32,000 bases of DNA from Prochlorococcus sp. MIT 0801 (GTDB taxonomy: Bacteria; Cyanobacteriota; Cyanobacteriia; PCC-6307; Cyanobiaceae): the NCBI RefSeq assembly GCF_000757865.1, contig NZ_CP007754.1:150001-182000 (forward strand), written 5' to 3'. Made by a program: the position numbers and the translations under genes. The notes below the pieces were generated by a model that was given only the letters and a program-made list of their open reading frames with translations, made no database searches and was not told the DNA's origin. Below are positions 17,387 through 27,113 of the stretch, piece by piece; position 1 is the stretch's first letter, and each line of letters begins with the position of its first letter.

Positions 17387-17983
17387 ATGGCTGTCCAATC
17401 AACCCCTAAAACTCTTAAAGAAAAGTTAGGTGGTAGAAATATATTTTTGATAGGAATGATGGGTTCTGGCAAAAGTCAAACGGGTCCAGTTCTAGCAAAA
17501 ATGATCAATTATGCTTTTGTTGATACTGATGATGTTATAGAAAAAGCATCTAAAGAATCTATTTCATCTATTTTTGAAAAAGATGGAGAAAAAGTCTTTA
17601 GGGATGTTGAAAAAAAAGTTTTAAAAGAAATTAGTCAACATCATTCTCTTGTAATTGCTACCGGAGGTGGTTTAGTTACCTTGCCTGAAAACTGGGGCGT
17701 TCTTCATCAAGGAATAGTTATTTGGTTAGATCTTGATTTGAAACGTTCACTTAAACGATTAGAAAGTGATCAAAAGAGACGCCCTTTACTACTTGGGGAT
17801 AATTTAGCTGAGAATTTTAGTCAGATTTATGAAAGTAGAAAACCAATATATTTAGAGTCAGATTTGAGAATAGAAGTTGAGGATCAATCACCATATGAGG
17901 TCGCTACTATGGTTGCTGAACATTTGCCAAGCATCCTTATTGACCCGGAGACTCAAGCCGAACGGCATACCACTGAATTGTAA
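17387..17983 (+). CDS. aroK: shikimate kinase
   Basis: Walker A GMMGSGKSQTG, shikimate-binding DTDD and ATGGG motifs, and typical size. Confidence 0.9.
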   Translation: MAVQSTPKTLKEKLGGRNIFLIGMMGSGKSQTGPVLAKMINYAFVDTDDVIEKASKESISSIFEKDGEKVFRDVEKKVLKEISQHHSLVIATGGGLVTLPENWGVLHQGIVIWLDLDLKRSLKRLESDQKRRPLLLGDNLAENFSQIYESRKPIYLESDLRIEVEDQSPYEVATMVAEHLPSILIDPETQAERHTTEL

Positions 17984-18200
17984 AACCTGTTTTGATTTCT
18001 AGGTCGCAGGCTGTATCAAGTAAATGTTGAGCCGCTTCTGCTATGGAAGACTTACAGTCAAGATCCAATGGTAATGAATCGAATTTATTTAACCAAGATT
18101 GAAGCCATAAAAGAGTTTGTTCTTTATCCAGGAATTGTTCACTTTCGCCAGGAACCAACACAACATAATTATCCATTTCTCTAATTAAAGGATCAGACAT
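17937..18200 (-). CDS. small conserved hypothetical protein (87 aa)
   Basis: ATG-initiated 87-codon ORF. About 215 nt of it (17984-18198) is covered by no other ORF, which is unlikely by chance in stop-rich AT-rich DNA. Composition is acidic and non-repetitive. It overlaps aroK by 47 nt at its 3' end and the next gene's ATG at its 5' end. Confidence 0.55.
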   Translation of the reverse strand: MSDPLIREMDNYVVLVPGESEQFLDKEQTLLWLQSWLNKFDSLPLDLDCKSSIAEAAQHLLDTACDLEIKTGFTIQWYAVRLESPGQ

Positions 18201-18930
18201 GAGACAGAAATTTTTCTTTTTTTTAATTTCTATTTTAATTGTTTTTACTTACACAGTTCCTGCACTTGCTGAAAGTAGCCTTGAAATAAATAATTTTCAA
18301 CCATCTAAGCTTTATGAACGCAAATCAATCTGGCCTGATTGGCGCCTTCCATCTTCCATTAAGCGCCCAGGATTGAAAGATGATTTAATTTACCCTGATT
18401 GGTTTGAAGGTGTATGGGATGTTACTAGCGAGATAGAAAGTGATCAGAATCAAGAACCTATTATTCATTCCGCTAAATTTATTCACAATACTTCTGGTGA
18501 TTTAATAGCTGACCGTGAATACAACACTAAGTCTTATGCTTTGAGCACAAAGACTGGTGGTTTTTTATCAGTAAAGAATGATCCTAAATCTCCTAATCGT
18601 CAGTTTGCTAAATTAACGGAAGATAGGTATTTAGAGACAAAGATTATAGGAAGACTGCAAGAAAAAATAGACAATAATATTTTTATTACTGATGAATTAA
18701 TTTTACAAATCCTTCATACACCAGAATTTAGCAGGGTTAGCCAGGTCGAAACATTAACTGAATTTAAAAAATGTGGATCTATTCAAAATAATAAAATAAA
18801 TATGAGTGATTTTAATATTTGTGGAGAACAATTTCAGGCGATTTATAATCAACCTGGGCAAAATCTGATTTCTTTGCCAATTAAAACAGAGAAATCCAAA
18901 TTAATACTTAGAAAGACTAATGATGATTAG
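18199..18930 (+). CDS. secreted/periplasmic hypothetical protein
   Basis: Clear signal peptide, MRQKFFFFLISILIVFTYTVPALA|ESS, followed by a 220-aa soluble domain. No family confidently recognised. Confidence 0.6.
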   Translation: MRQKFFFFLISILIVFTYTVPALAESSLEINNFQPSKLYERKSIWPDWRLPSSIKRPGLKDDLIYPDWFEGVWDVTSEIESDQNQEPIIHSAKFIHNTSGDLIADREYNTKSYALSTKTGGFLSVKNDPKSPNRQFAKLTEDRYLETKIIGRLQEKIDNNIFITDELILQILHTPEFSRVSQVETLTEFKKCGSIQNNKINMSDFNICGEQFQAIYNQPGQNLISLPIKTEKSKLILRKTNDD

Positions 18931-19636
18931 TTATTGCTAATTGATCTTCAATGAAGTCTCTCCATTTAAAAAGATTTTGCAGACTTGGATCGTTTACATA
19001 TATAGAACAACCTTGGCCAGTTAGATTTTCTCCAGATGAATTTGGGAATTTGAGTAATGATAAGTGTGATGCTACAGAAATATCAGCAACAGAAAGCTTG
19101 TCTCCAATAAGAAAGTTTTCTTGATTAATTAAATTTGATAGGTTTTCTAGATTTAATTTTAGAGATTCTTTTTCTTTCTGGTTTATTAATCCAGAAATTT
19201 GACTAGCAATCTTTGTAGGAATATTAAAAAGAGGTTTTTGCATAGAATCCCAAATTTTGTTGGAGAATAAAGAGGAAATCAATTTTGGATTCTTCGACAG
19301 CTCTTCCAAAAAGACAATTTTTATAGATTTTGCCAAAGTTGTATCTGCCCAATTCTCAATTATTTGGACTTGAGAGGCTTCCTTTAGACCCTCTGGAATT
19401 AATTTTGGTTCTATTTCAATTTTCTCTAAGTGTCGTATTATTGAGCTTGAATCATGGATTATTGTTTCGTTATCAAAAAGCACGGGTAATTTCTTTTGTC
19501 CTGTTTTTTGAAAGATATCTATTTGCCCAACGGCTGGAGTTATCTCAACGGTTCGATATTCAAGCTTTTTTGCAGCCAAAGCCATTCTTACTTTCAAGCA
19601 ATAAGGTGAGTGCCTAAATTGATGAAGTTCCAACAT
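18917..19636 (-). CDS. glutathione S-transferase / Grx2-like thioredoxin-fold protein
   Basis: N-terminal thioredoxin-fold pattern LELHQFRHSPYCLKVRMALAAKKLEY...KKLPVL, with an all-helical C-terminal half. The ATG at 19636 is preferred over the track's TTG at 19651. Confidence 0.72.
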   Translation of the reverse strand: MLELHQFRHSPYCLKVRMALAAKKLEYRTVEITPAVGQIDIFQKTGQKKLPVLFDNETIIHDSSSIIRHLEKIEIEPKLIPEGLKEASQVQIIENWADTTLAKSIKIVFLEELSKNPKLISSLFSNKIWDSMQKPLFNIPTKIASQISGLINQKEKESLKLNLENLSNLINQENFLIGDKLSVADISVASHLSLLKFPNSSGENLTGQGCSIYVNDPSLQNLFKWRDFIEDQLAITNHH

Positions 19637-19696
19637 TTTAGGTGCCTTCAAATGGTTAGCAGAGTAGCTATTAATTCAGTCTTTTGGTGGTGAAAA

Positions 19697-19903
19697 ATGG
19701 GTGAGTTTTTTTCTAATGTTTCTAGATATCCAAAATATCTCATCACGATAATCTTGGGGGTTTTCACCGCTGCAATTTCTCCATTAATTAAAAGAGGTAG
19801 TAATCCGATCACAGCGATTGCTCTCGTTGGGGCGATGTTAAGCGGACTTCTGACAATAGTTTTCTTATTAAAGGCTATGGCTTTCCCTGAGGCAATTACT
19901 TAG
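19697..19903 (+). CDS. Ycf33 / DUF751-like small membrane protein
   Basis: 68 aa with two TM helices. The N-terminal F..N..RYPKY.I.I.LG pattern resembles plastid and cyanobacterial Ycf33. Confidence 0.6.
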   Translation: MGEFFSNVSRYPKYLITIILGVFTAAISPLIKRGSNPITAIALVGAMLSGLLTIVFLLKAMAFPEAIT

Positions 19904-19905
19904 TT

Positions 19906-20277
19906 ATGGCTAATTCAAGAAGGGTTGAAAAATTAGCAGCTTTACTAAAAAGAGAAGTTAGTGAGCTTTTAGTTAATGGGATTAGAGATGAAAGAATTCA
20001 TCAAGCTATGATTACCATTACATCTGTTGAAGTTTCAGGTGATTTACAGCATGCAAGAATTTTTATCAGTCTTTTTGGTGAAGAGAAAAAAAAGGATGAA
20101 GTATTAGTTGGTTTAGAGGAAGCAAAGGGATTTATTCGTGCTGAGCTTGCTCAAAGACTTCAAATGAGAAGATCTCCTGAGCTTGTATTTAAGATTGATA
20201 AAGGTATGACAAAAGGTCCTGCAGTTTTAGATCTTCTCAATGCATTAGAACTTGAACGTAAAAGTAAAGACTTATAG
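19906..20277 (+). CDS. rbfA: ribosome-binding factor A
   Basis: [17 protein letters not shown]...[20 protein letters not shown]...[15 protein letters not shown] is the canonical RbfA pattern. It starts 2 nt after the preceding gene. Confidence 0.87.
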   Translation: MANSRRVEKLAALLKREVSELLVNGIRDERIHQAMITITSVEVSGDLQHARIFISLFGEEKKKDEVLVGLEEAKGFIRAELAQRLQMRRSPELVFKIDKGMTKGPAVLDLLNALELERKSKDL

Positions 20278-20294
20278 ATCAATCCAAATTCTTG

Positions 20295-21929
20295 ATGAAT
20301 AAATCTGATCTTAGAAGACAAGTAGCTGAATTATTTGTAGTTCGAGCAAGTGGATTTAATCTTGATTCGCAACGTCTATACCCTAACTTAGAGGAATCTA
20401 ATTCAAATCTAAAAAGACTTTTAGAAGAAGGTGTTGGTGGAGTTATTCTTCTAGGAGGAACTGTAAAAGAATTAGAAATTCGTTGCAATATCTTGAAAAA
20501 ATGGTCTGGTAAACCTCTTCTTTTATGTGCTGATATTGAGGAAGGTGTTGGTCAAAGATTTTATGGAGGAACAAAGTTTGTTCCTCCAATGGGTATTGCT
20601 CAGATTTATAAAAAAGATCAAACTTTAGCAATTTCTATTGCTGAGAAGATTGGTTATTTTACTGGTAAAGAAGCAAAAAAAATTGGTTTAAATTGGCTAT
20701 TAGCCCCAGTCTGTGATATCAATAACAATCCAAATAACCCAGTTATAAATCTAAGAGCTTGGGGGGAAGAGCCTGAAACAGTAAAAAGTTTAACTTGTGC
20801 TTTTCAGCGGGGTGTTTCTAGATCAAAAATGCTAACTTGTGCAAAACATTTTCCTGGGCATGGAAATTCCGAAGTTGACTCTCACTTGGATCTGCCAGAA
20901 ATACATAATGACTTATCTAAATTAGAGAAATTTGAGTTAATTCCATTTAAGTCTTTAATCAATCAAGGAGTAAATAGTGTCATGATCGGGCATTTACTTT
21001 TTCCAAAGATTGATCCTATTTTTCCTGCAACACTTTCAAAAAGAGTGGTTACTGATTTGTTACGTATCAAATTTAAATTCGATGGTTTAGTAGTCAGTGA
21101 TGCCTTAGTTATGAATGCAATTACAAATAAATATAGTAGTGGTAAGGCTGCAGTTATGGCATTTGATGCAGGAATTGATTTGATTATGATGCCAAAAGAT
21201 ATTGATGAGGCAATTGATTCTCTTACCGATGCTTTTTATTCAGGAAAAATTTCTTTAGAAAGGTTAAATGTATCTAGAGAAAGAAGAAAAAAACAACTTG
21301 ATTTAGTTAGAAATGAGGAGGATTTTAAAAAAGAAGATTTGAACAATGAAGATATTAAAAATAAATTTTTATTGGATGCCTCTAAGTTTAGTAATTCTAT
21401 AATAAAAAGTTCAATTTTTGTACGAGAAGAAAGTACTATAAAAGCTGAATTTAATGATATAAATCTTATACAAATTGATAATTTTGATCAAGTGTCTAAC
21501 AAATTTTTTCCTGCATTAGATTTACCTAAGGCAGTAGGTTTTAAAAATTTAATTATACATCCACTTGGTATCAGTCCGTGGGGAAAAACTAATAAAAGAT
21601 TTTTAGAATCGGGACAATTTGGTAATAGTAAAATTCTTGCTCAGCTTTTTGTGAGAGGTAAACCATTTGTTGGATTAGATTATCATAATGATCATTGGAT
21701 AGACGCTTTAAAAAATTTGGAAATTGAGAAAAGATTATCGGGAATTATTATATACGGATGTCCATATTTATATGATAAAATAAAAAAAAATATTCAATAT
21801 ACTACTCCTTTGGCTTACAGTCCTAGCCAAACAGAAGAAGCACAAAATGAAATTTTAAGTCGTATTTTACAATCAAAAACAACTCAAAAGGAAATTGATA
21901 AAGAATCAAGCATAGAATTTACTGATTGA
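20295..21929 (+). CDS. nagZ: glycoside hydrolase family 3 beta-N-acetylhexosaminidase (NagZ-like) with extra C-terminal domain
   Basis: GH3 motifs LAPVCDIN, KHFPGHG and VVSDAL (the catalytic Asp region). The ATG at 20295 immediately follows the track's TTG at 20292. Confidence 0.83.
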   Translation: MNKSDLRRQVAELFVVRASGFNLDSQRLYPNLEESNSNLKRLLEEGVGGVILLGGTVKELEIRCNILKKWSGKPLLLCADIEEGVGQRFYGGTKFVPPMGIAQIYKKDQTLAISIAEKIGYFTGKEAKKIGLNWLLAPVCDINNNPNNPVINLRAWGEEPETVKSLTCAFQRGVSRSKMLTCAKHFPGHGNSEVDSHLDLPEIHNDLSKLEKFELIPFKSLINQGVNSVMIGHLLFPKIDPIFPATLSKRVVTDLLRIKFKFDGLVVSDALVMNAITNKYSSGKAAVMAFDAGIDLIMMPKDIDEAIDSLTDAFYSGKISLERLNVSRERRKKQLDLVRNEEDFKKEDLNNEDIKNKFLLDASKFSNSIIKSSIFVREESTIKAEFNDINLIQIDNFDQVSNKFFPALDLPKAVGFKNLIIHPLGISPWGKTNKRFLESGQFGNSKILAQLFVRGKPFVGLDYHNDHWIDALKNLEIEKRLSGIIIYGCPYLYDKIKKNIQYTTPLAYSPSQTEEAQNEILSRILQSKTTQKEIDKESSIEFTD

Positions 21930-22015
21930 AAATTCTTTAATTGAGAATTTTGTATTTAAGAAAAATCCTATTATTGTTTAAATGACTGCATCGTTTTTCT
22001 TTAGACTTCTTACGA

Positions 22016-22816
22016 ATGAAGCATACAAAAATGGCTTTAACCGACAAGAAGATAATTATTACTCGTGCCCAAGAACAGACTTCAGAGGCTCGTGAGATCT
22101 TTAGGGAGATTGGGGCTGAGGTATTCGATCTTCCTTCATTAGTTATTGGACCTCCTGATGACTGGGCTCCTTTGGATGATGCTTTAAAGAAAATCTCAAC
22201 CTTTGATTGGATTATCTTTTCTAGCGCAAATGGTGTTAGAAATGTTGAAGATAGAATGAGAGAAATTGGATTATCTTTGTCGAAAATTTCTAAGACTATT
22301 CAAATTGCTGCTGTAGGAAGAAAAACAGCTTCTTTGTTATCAGATATGGATGCAGAGATTAGTTTTGTTCCTCCTAGTTTTGTTGCAGATAGCTTGCTTG
22401 ACTATTTCCCTCAGAATCAAAAAGGTTTAAAATTATTTATTCCTAGAGTACAAACCGGCGGCAGATCAATATTATCTGACTCTTTCAGATTAAAAGGAGC
22501 AGAGGTTACTGAAGTAGCTGCTTATGAATCTTCTTGTCCTAAATATATACCTCAAAAGACTATAGAAGCTTTGAAGAGTGGAGAAATAGATATTATTGCT
22601 TTTACTAGTGGTAAAACAGTAATAAATACTGTTAGCTTATTTAATAAATACTTTGGTGGAAATTGGTTTAAATTGATTGAAAAGATCAAACTTGTTTCGA
22701 TTGGACCTCAAACAACTATTAGTTGTAAAAAACTTATTAGAAAACCTGATGAAGAGGCTGAACCACATGATCTAGAAGGATTATTAAAAGCTTGCTTAGA
22801 GCTAAAATTTAATTAA
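22016..22816 (+). CDS. hemD: uroporphyrinogen-III synthase
   Basis: HemD-like two-lobe pattern: KIIITRAQEQ..., WIIFSSANGV, IAAVGRKTA, IAFTSGKTV, VSIGPQT. A second in-frame ATG at 22031 is an alternative start. Confidence 0.78.
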   Translation: MKHTKMALTDKKIIITRAQEQTSEAREIFREIGAEVFDLPSLVIGPPDDWAPLDDALKKISTFDWIIFSSANGVRNVEDRMREIGLSLSKISKTIQIAAVGRKTASLLSDMDAEISFVPPSFVADSLLDYFPQNQKGLKLFIPRVQTGGRSILSDSFRLKGAEVTEVAAYESSCPKYIPQKTIEALKSGEIDIIAFTSGKTVINTVSLFNKYFGGNWFKLIEKIKLVSIGPQTTISCKKLIRKPDEEAEPHDLEGLLKACLELKFN

Positions 22817-22818
22817 AT

Positions 22819-23271
22819 TCAAGCTGATTTTTCTACGAGTTCTTTAAACCCGTCAAGATTTTTCTGTAATTCTTTTGTGACCATCCCTCCAAGAATATTT
22901 GCTTTCATTAGATTTGCTAAAACTTGAGGCAATTCATAAGATATTTTTAATTTAACTACAGTTTTAGAGCTCTCTTCATTATAAAACCGTACTGAACCCT
23001 TAGTAGGTAAACCACCAACTGATTTCCATTCCAATTTCTCTGCTTCTACTCTTTCCATGATTTGAGCTTTCCATTTAAAACGAAAGCCATTAGCTGCAAG
23101 TGTCCACTCTGTTAAATCAGGAAGTGTAGAGGTTTTTTGATCGACTGCCTTAACCGACTCAATCCAAGTCATCCACAAAGGCATCGAATCTAAATCACTC
23201 CAAAACTTCCAAACAAGTTCAACTGGAGCATGAATTTCACTTATCACTGTGTGATCAAGCCACTTTCCCAT
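22819..23271 (-). CDS. SRPBCC (START/cyclase-dehydrase fold) protein
   Basis: 150 aa. The pattern I.AP.E.VW..WSDL...P.WM, and the length, are typical of the polyketide_cyc2/SRPBCC superfamily. It starts 3 nt after the crtQ stop. Confidence 0.68.
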   Translation of the reverse strand: MGKWLDHTVISEIHAPVELVWKFWSDLDSMPLWMTWIESVKAVDQKTSTLPDLTEWTLAANGFRFKWKAQIMERVEAEKLEWKSVGGLPTKGSVRFYNEESSKTVVKLKISYELPQVLANLMKANILGGMVTKELQKNLDGFKELVEKSA

Positions 23272-23274
23272 TTC

Positions 23275-24735
23275 TTAAGCAACCGAAGAATTTTTTGCTA
23301 GTGAAACAGACTTTGAGAGCATTGCTGAAGCAGCAAGATGTCCGCTCATTGTTGCTCCTTCCATAGAGTCAATGTAGTCCTGTTTTGTGTAACTGCCTGC
23401 TAAGAAGAAATTACTAAAAGAAGTTTTTTGATCTGGTCTATATGGCTCCATTCCAGGAGCCTCTCTGTAGAGAGAATGAGAAACCTTGACCACATTGCTC
23501 CACAAAAGCTTTAAATCTCTTGAAGAAGGGAAAAGTGACCTAACTTGTAAATCAGTATGTTTTACAAGTTCATCAGAGGATTTGGTGATCCATGGATCTC
23601 CAGGGGTTAAAACGCATTGCAGTAAAGAGCCCTGACCTTCTTTCTTATAGTCTTCTGGGCTTGATAAGGCTAAATCTGCAAAACAACTAAAATCAGCATC
23701 GGCTGTGTATAACAAGTTGTCTAAACCAGATGGATTGTTTAGGTTTTTTTGAGCTTGTTTATTATTGATCTCTGTTACCCAGCCATCATATCTAAGTTGT
23801 ACAGTCGCGACTGGGACAGCATCAAGCTTAAAAAGTAAGTCGAACTCTTTAAAACGTCTCCATGATCTAGGAATTATTCTTTTTATACCAGACACATCGC
23901 ATGCAGCTAGATATTTGTCTGCTTGAATTTTTTTTTCACCCTCGGGAGTTTGGAGAGTTATTCCAGTAACAGATGGATGATCAGAGTCATCTGAATGAAT
24001 TTCTTTAACAATATTTTCTAAGTGAAGTCTTCCGCCTCTTTGTTCAATGTAATCAAGTATTGGCTTAGTTAGCCATTTGTGGGGTGATCCCTTCAATAGG
24101 TTGAGCTTGGATGCCTCTGTCTTAGAAGCGAACATCATAAAGATGGTAAGCATGCATCTTGCAGAAATGGCTTCACAATCAATGAATCCCAGCGCATATG
24201 CAATCGGATTCCACATCCTTTTGATACTATTTATGCTTCCTCCATGGTTCAGAAACCATTGTTGAAAGCTTATAGAATCTAGTGATCGTATTGTTTTCAT
24301 CGCACCCTCGTAGTCAATCAGCCCTCTTACTATCGGACTTGTTCCAAGTGCAAGAGCATTCCTTAGTTTGTCAATCCAATTTAATTGAGGTGTAGTGAAG
24401 AAGGCTTTTAAGCCGTTAAAAGGAGCTCCCGCAAAAAATCTAAAATCAAGTGATTTAATGTCACCGCCCTTATTAACAAAAAGGTGAGTGTGGTCTTTTG
24501 GTAAAAGATTTTCAAACGCGCCTACTTTTCTCATTAATTCAAACAGATTTGCATAGTTGAAAAAGAAGACATGCAAACCCATCTCTATGTGATTGCCATC
24601 GGAATCTTCCCAGCTTCCAACTTTGCCTCCCATAAAAGGTTTTGCTTCGTATAGGTCGACGTCATGTCCTTCATCAACAAGGTCAACTGCAGCAGTTAAT
24701 CCTGCTAAACCTGCACCTATTATTGCGATTTTCAC
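23275..24735 (-). CDS. crtQ: zeta-carotene desaturase
   Basis: N-terminal FAD fold [56 protein letters not shown] matches ZDS rather than the PDS consensus. The C-terminal [16 protein letters not shown] motif is present. GTG start is required because the Rossmann motif begins at residue 2. Confidence 0.85.
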   Translation of the reverse strand: MKIAIIGAGLAGLTAAVDLVDEGHDVDLYEAKPFMGGKVGSWEDSDGNHIEMGLHVFFFNYANLFELMRKVGAFENLLPKDHTHLFVNKGGDIKSLDFRFFAGAPFNGLKAFFTTPQLNWIDKLRNALALGTSPIVRGLIDYEGAMKTIRSLDSISFQQWFLNHGGSINSIKRMWNPIAYALGFIDCEAISARCMLTIFMMFASKTEASKLNLLKGSPHKWLTKPILDYIEQRGGRLHLENIVKEIHSDDSDHPSVTGITLQTPEGEKKIQADKYLAACDVSGIKRIIPRSWRRFKEFDLLFKLDAVPVATVQLRYDGWVTEINNKQAQKNLNNPSGLDNLLYTADADFSCFADLALSSPEDYKKEGQGSLLQCVLTPGDPWITKSSDELVKHTDLQVRSLFPSSRDLKLLWSNVVKVSHSLYREAPGMEPYRPDQKTSFSNFFLAGSYTKQDYIDSMEGATMSGHLAASAMLSKSVSLAKNSSVA

Positions 24736-24840
24736 TCGTTTAATTAGATGGATACACTAACTCTATGAATAAAAACTCTTTTTTGGCACTTTTAAAATCG
24801 AATATAATTAATAGAGTGTTATTAAAGTTCAGAAAAAACA

Positions 24841-25230
24841 ATGAGTGAATCAAACGCACCGCCCACAATTCATAAAGCTCAAGGTGGCAAAGGAGTTCTT
24901 ATTACCACTCCTGCTTTGGATCAGTTGTCTAGACTTTGCAAAGAACAAGGCTCAGGGAAATTACTGAGAGTAGGAGTACGTTCTGGAGGATGCAGTGGTA
25001 TGAGTTACACAATGGACTTTGTGTCTGATGATGATATTCAGAAAGATGATGAAGTCTATGAATATTCAGTAGGCACAAGTTCTTTTAAAGTGATTTGTGA
25101 TCCAAAGAGTCTTTTGTATATATATGGTATGCAGTTAGATTTCAGTACAGATTTAATTGGTGGAGGTTTTAACTTTACTAATCCCAATGCGTCACAAACT
25201 TGCGGCTGTGGAAGTTCCTTTGCAGTTTAA
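24841..25230 (+). CDS. HesB/IscA/ErpA-family iron-sulfur cluster insertion protein
   Basis: GLRVGV-like segment LLRVGVRSGGCSGMSY and the C-terminal CGCGSSF motif are diagnostic for A-type carriers. Confidence 0.85.
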   Translation: MSESNAPPTIHKAQGGKGVLITTPALDQLSRLCKEQGSGKLLRVGVRSGGCSGMSYTMDFVSDDDIQKDDEVYEYSVGTSSFKVICDPKSLLYIYGMQLDFSTDLIGGGFNFTNPNASQTCGCGSSFAV

Positions 25231-25258
25231 CTTTAATTAAAAGAATTTTTAAATAACA

Positions 25259-25678
25259 ATGGATCAACCAGATGAAAGCCTTTTTGAAGAAGCCCTAAAT
25301 CGATATAAGGCTGGTTCACCAGCAGATGAATTGATTGAAGATTTTCAGAAAATAGCCTCTACTACTCCAAATAATGCTGCTGCATGGACATGCTTGTCTT
25401 GGTTGCAATTGTTATGTGACTCGCCTCAGGAAGCCTTGCGCTCTGCTCGGTATGCAGTGAAACTTAACGGTCAAGATCCGCAGTCAAGGATAAATTTGAG
25501 TCTTGCTTTGTTAGAAACTAATTCTAAAGGAGTTAGAGATCATATTGATTATGTCAAAAGAGCTATGCTAGTTCTTCCTGAATTAGAAAAAGAATTAAAA
25601 GAATCATTTGAAGATGGTCTTTCACGAAAGCCTGATTGGAAAACGTTACTGAAAATAAAAAATTGGTTAGACCTTTGA
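25259..25678 (+). CDS. TPR-repeat protein
   Basis: 139 aa, helical, with TPR-like repeats (AAAWTCLSWLQLLCDSPQEALRSARYAVKLNGQDPQSRINLSLALLE). Confidence 0.55.
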   Translation: MDQPDESLFEEALNRYKAGSPADELIEDFQKIASTTPNNAAAWTCLSWLQLLCDSPQEALRSARYAVKLNGQDPQSRINLSLALLETNSKGVRDHIDYVKRAMLVLPELEKELKESFEDGLSRKPDWKTLLKIKNWLDL

Positions 25679-25704
25679 TTTCTAATTAGATTCCAATAAA
25701 AATT

Positions 25705-26634
25705 TTAAGCTAATGTTGATTTGAAAGCCTCATTAATTGTGGGGAAATTGAATTTAAATTTGAGTTTATTTAATCTTTGAGTTTGTACGTTTTGTCCCTC
25801 TAAAACTACACGAGCTCCATCTCCTAAAATTAACTTCAATATTGGCCCAGGAACTGCGAAAAGACTTGGTCTGCCGAGTACTTGACCAAGTGAATTAGAG
25901 AACTCATTCATTCGTACAGGATTTGGTGCAACACCATTCACGACACCTGACCAAGCAGAATTTTTCACACTTTCGTTAATAAGATTACAAAGATCTGTTC
26001 TATGTATCCAGCTCATCCATTGTTTTCCATCTCCTATAGGACCTCCAAGACCAGCTCTAAAAATGGGGAGCATTTTCCCAAGTGCTCCGCCATCTTTAGC
26101 TAATACGATTCCAATTCTCACAATTAAAAGACGAGTCGCTCTAGGTTTGTTTTTTGCACTAGATTCCCATTCTTTGCATAGATTTGCTAGAAAATCATCA
26201 CCTTGAATATTCTCTTCAGTGAATTCAGTTTGAGGATGTGAACCATAGAAACCAATAGCTGAGGCATTAATAAGAACTTTTGGGGGTTTTCTTAGATTCC
26301 GTAGGCTTTTAATCAGATTCTTTGTTGTCTCTATGCGACTATTTGTAATTTCTTTACAATGGTCGGTAGTCCATCTTTTTTCAGCAATCGGTTCGCCAGC
26401 AAGATTGATGACCCCTTCGCAGTTTTTAAGAGAGCTTTGAATTGCTTCTTTATCCCAAGACGAGGACTCAGCTGGATTCATTTGTATGAAATTGGTGTTT
26501 TGGTGATTAGCTATGGTTTTAAGTTTTTCTTTTGATTGTCTCGATATGATTGTGAGGCTATGTCCCTCCTTAATGAGCAAAGGAATTAATTCTCTTCCGA
26601 TAAAACCAGTACATCCAGTAAGTAGTAATTTCAT
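25705..26634 (-). CDS. NAD-dependent epimerase-family protein (YfcH / TIGR01777-like, DUF1731 C-terminus)
   Basis: Rossmann motif MKLLLTGCTGFIGRELIPLL. The overall layout and GDGKQWMSWIH segment are typical of the YfcH subfamily. Confidence 0.78.
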   Translation of the reverse strand: MKLLLTGCTGFIGRELIPLLIKEGHSLTIISRQSKEKLKTIANHQNTNFIQMNPAESSSWDKEAIQSSLKNCEGVINLAGEPIAEKRWTTDHCKEITNSRIETTKNLIKSLRNLRKPPKVLINASAIGFYGSHPQTEFTEENIQGDDFLANLCKEWESSAKNKPRATRLLIVRIGIVLAKDGGALGKMLPIFRAGLGGPIGDGKQWMSWIHRTDLCNLINESVKNSAWSGVVNGVAPNPVRMNEFSNSLGQVLGRPSLFAVPGPILKLILGDGARVVLEGQNVQTQRLNKLKFKFNFPTINEAFKSTLA

Positions 26635-26823
26635 GATTTCTCTAATCAGTTTTGATCAGCTTAGAGGGATTTTGATTGACTTATGGTGTTGATCCATCAA
26701 GAATATTTGCGTTATGGAATTTGCAATTAATTAATGAAGCGATTTTTATCATTTTGTTTTAACTGCTATTCTTCATTTAAATATTTGAATTAAGTCATTA
26801 ATCTTTTTTATTAATTATTTAAA

Positions 26824-27087
26824 ATGTCTGAACAAACCGGAAAAATAGATGATTCACAATCACCTCCAAAGGTACAAAAGAAACTCAGAAAAGGAGATCT
26901 TATAAAAGTTGATCGTGAAAAATATTCTAATAGCTTAGAATCTAAGGCGAGCGACACTAGTTTACCTGAATATATATTTCAAGGGCCCGGAGAAGTCTTA
27001 TTGATTAAAGGTGATTACTGTCAAGTCAGATGGAGAAGACCAGTCCCTGATGTTTGGATAAATTCTGATCATATAGTCTCATATTAA
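26824..27087 (+). CDS. ndhO: NAD(P)H-quinone oxidoreductase (NDH-1) subunit O
   Basis: KKGDLIKVDREKYSNSLESKASDTSLPEYIFQGPGEVLLIKGDYCQVRWRRPVPDVWINSDHI aligns by eye with the cyanobacterial NdhO consensus as I recall it (KKG.LVRV.RE.Y..S.EA.ASD...P.YIFEG.GE.L..KGDYAQ..F..PVP.VWL..DQL). Confidence 0.72.
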   Translation: MSEQTGKIDDSQSPPKVQKKLRKGDLIKVDREKYSNSLESKASDTSLPEYIFQGPGEVLLIKGDYCQVRWRRPVPDVWINSDHIVSY

Positions 27088-27113
27088 TTATCAATACATA
27101 ACAAAAATTTGAA

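Noticed and set aside
19330-20631. Track ORFs 19330..19617 (+), 20279..20488 (-), 20443..20631 (-)
   Set aside because: Antisense within the GST-like gene and the 5' part of nagZ. Leu/Phe-rich shadow frames.
21929-21951. AT-rich hairpins after nagZ (AAAATTCT/AGAATTTT) and upstream of ORF 1971 (CTGAAT/ATTCAG at 1950-1967 plus T5)
   Set aside because: Stems of 6-8 bp with zero to two G:C pairs are expected frequently by chance at this base composition. There is not enough evidence to call them terminators or attenuators.
24077-24265. Track ORF 24077..24265 (+)
   Set aside because: Antisense within crtQ.
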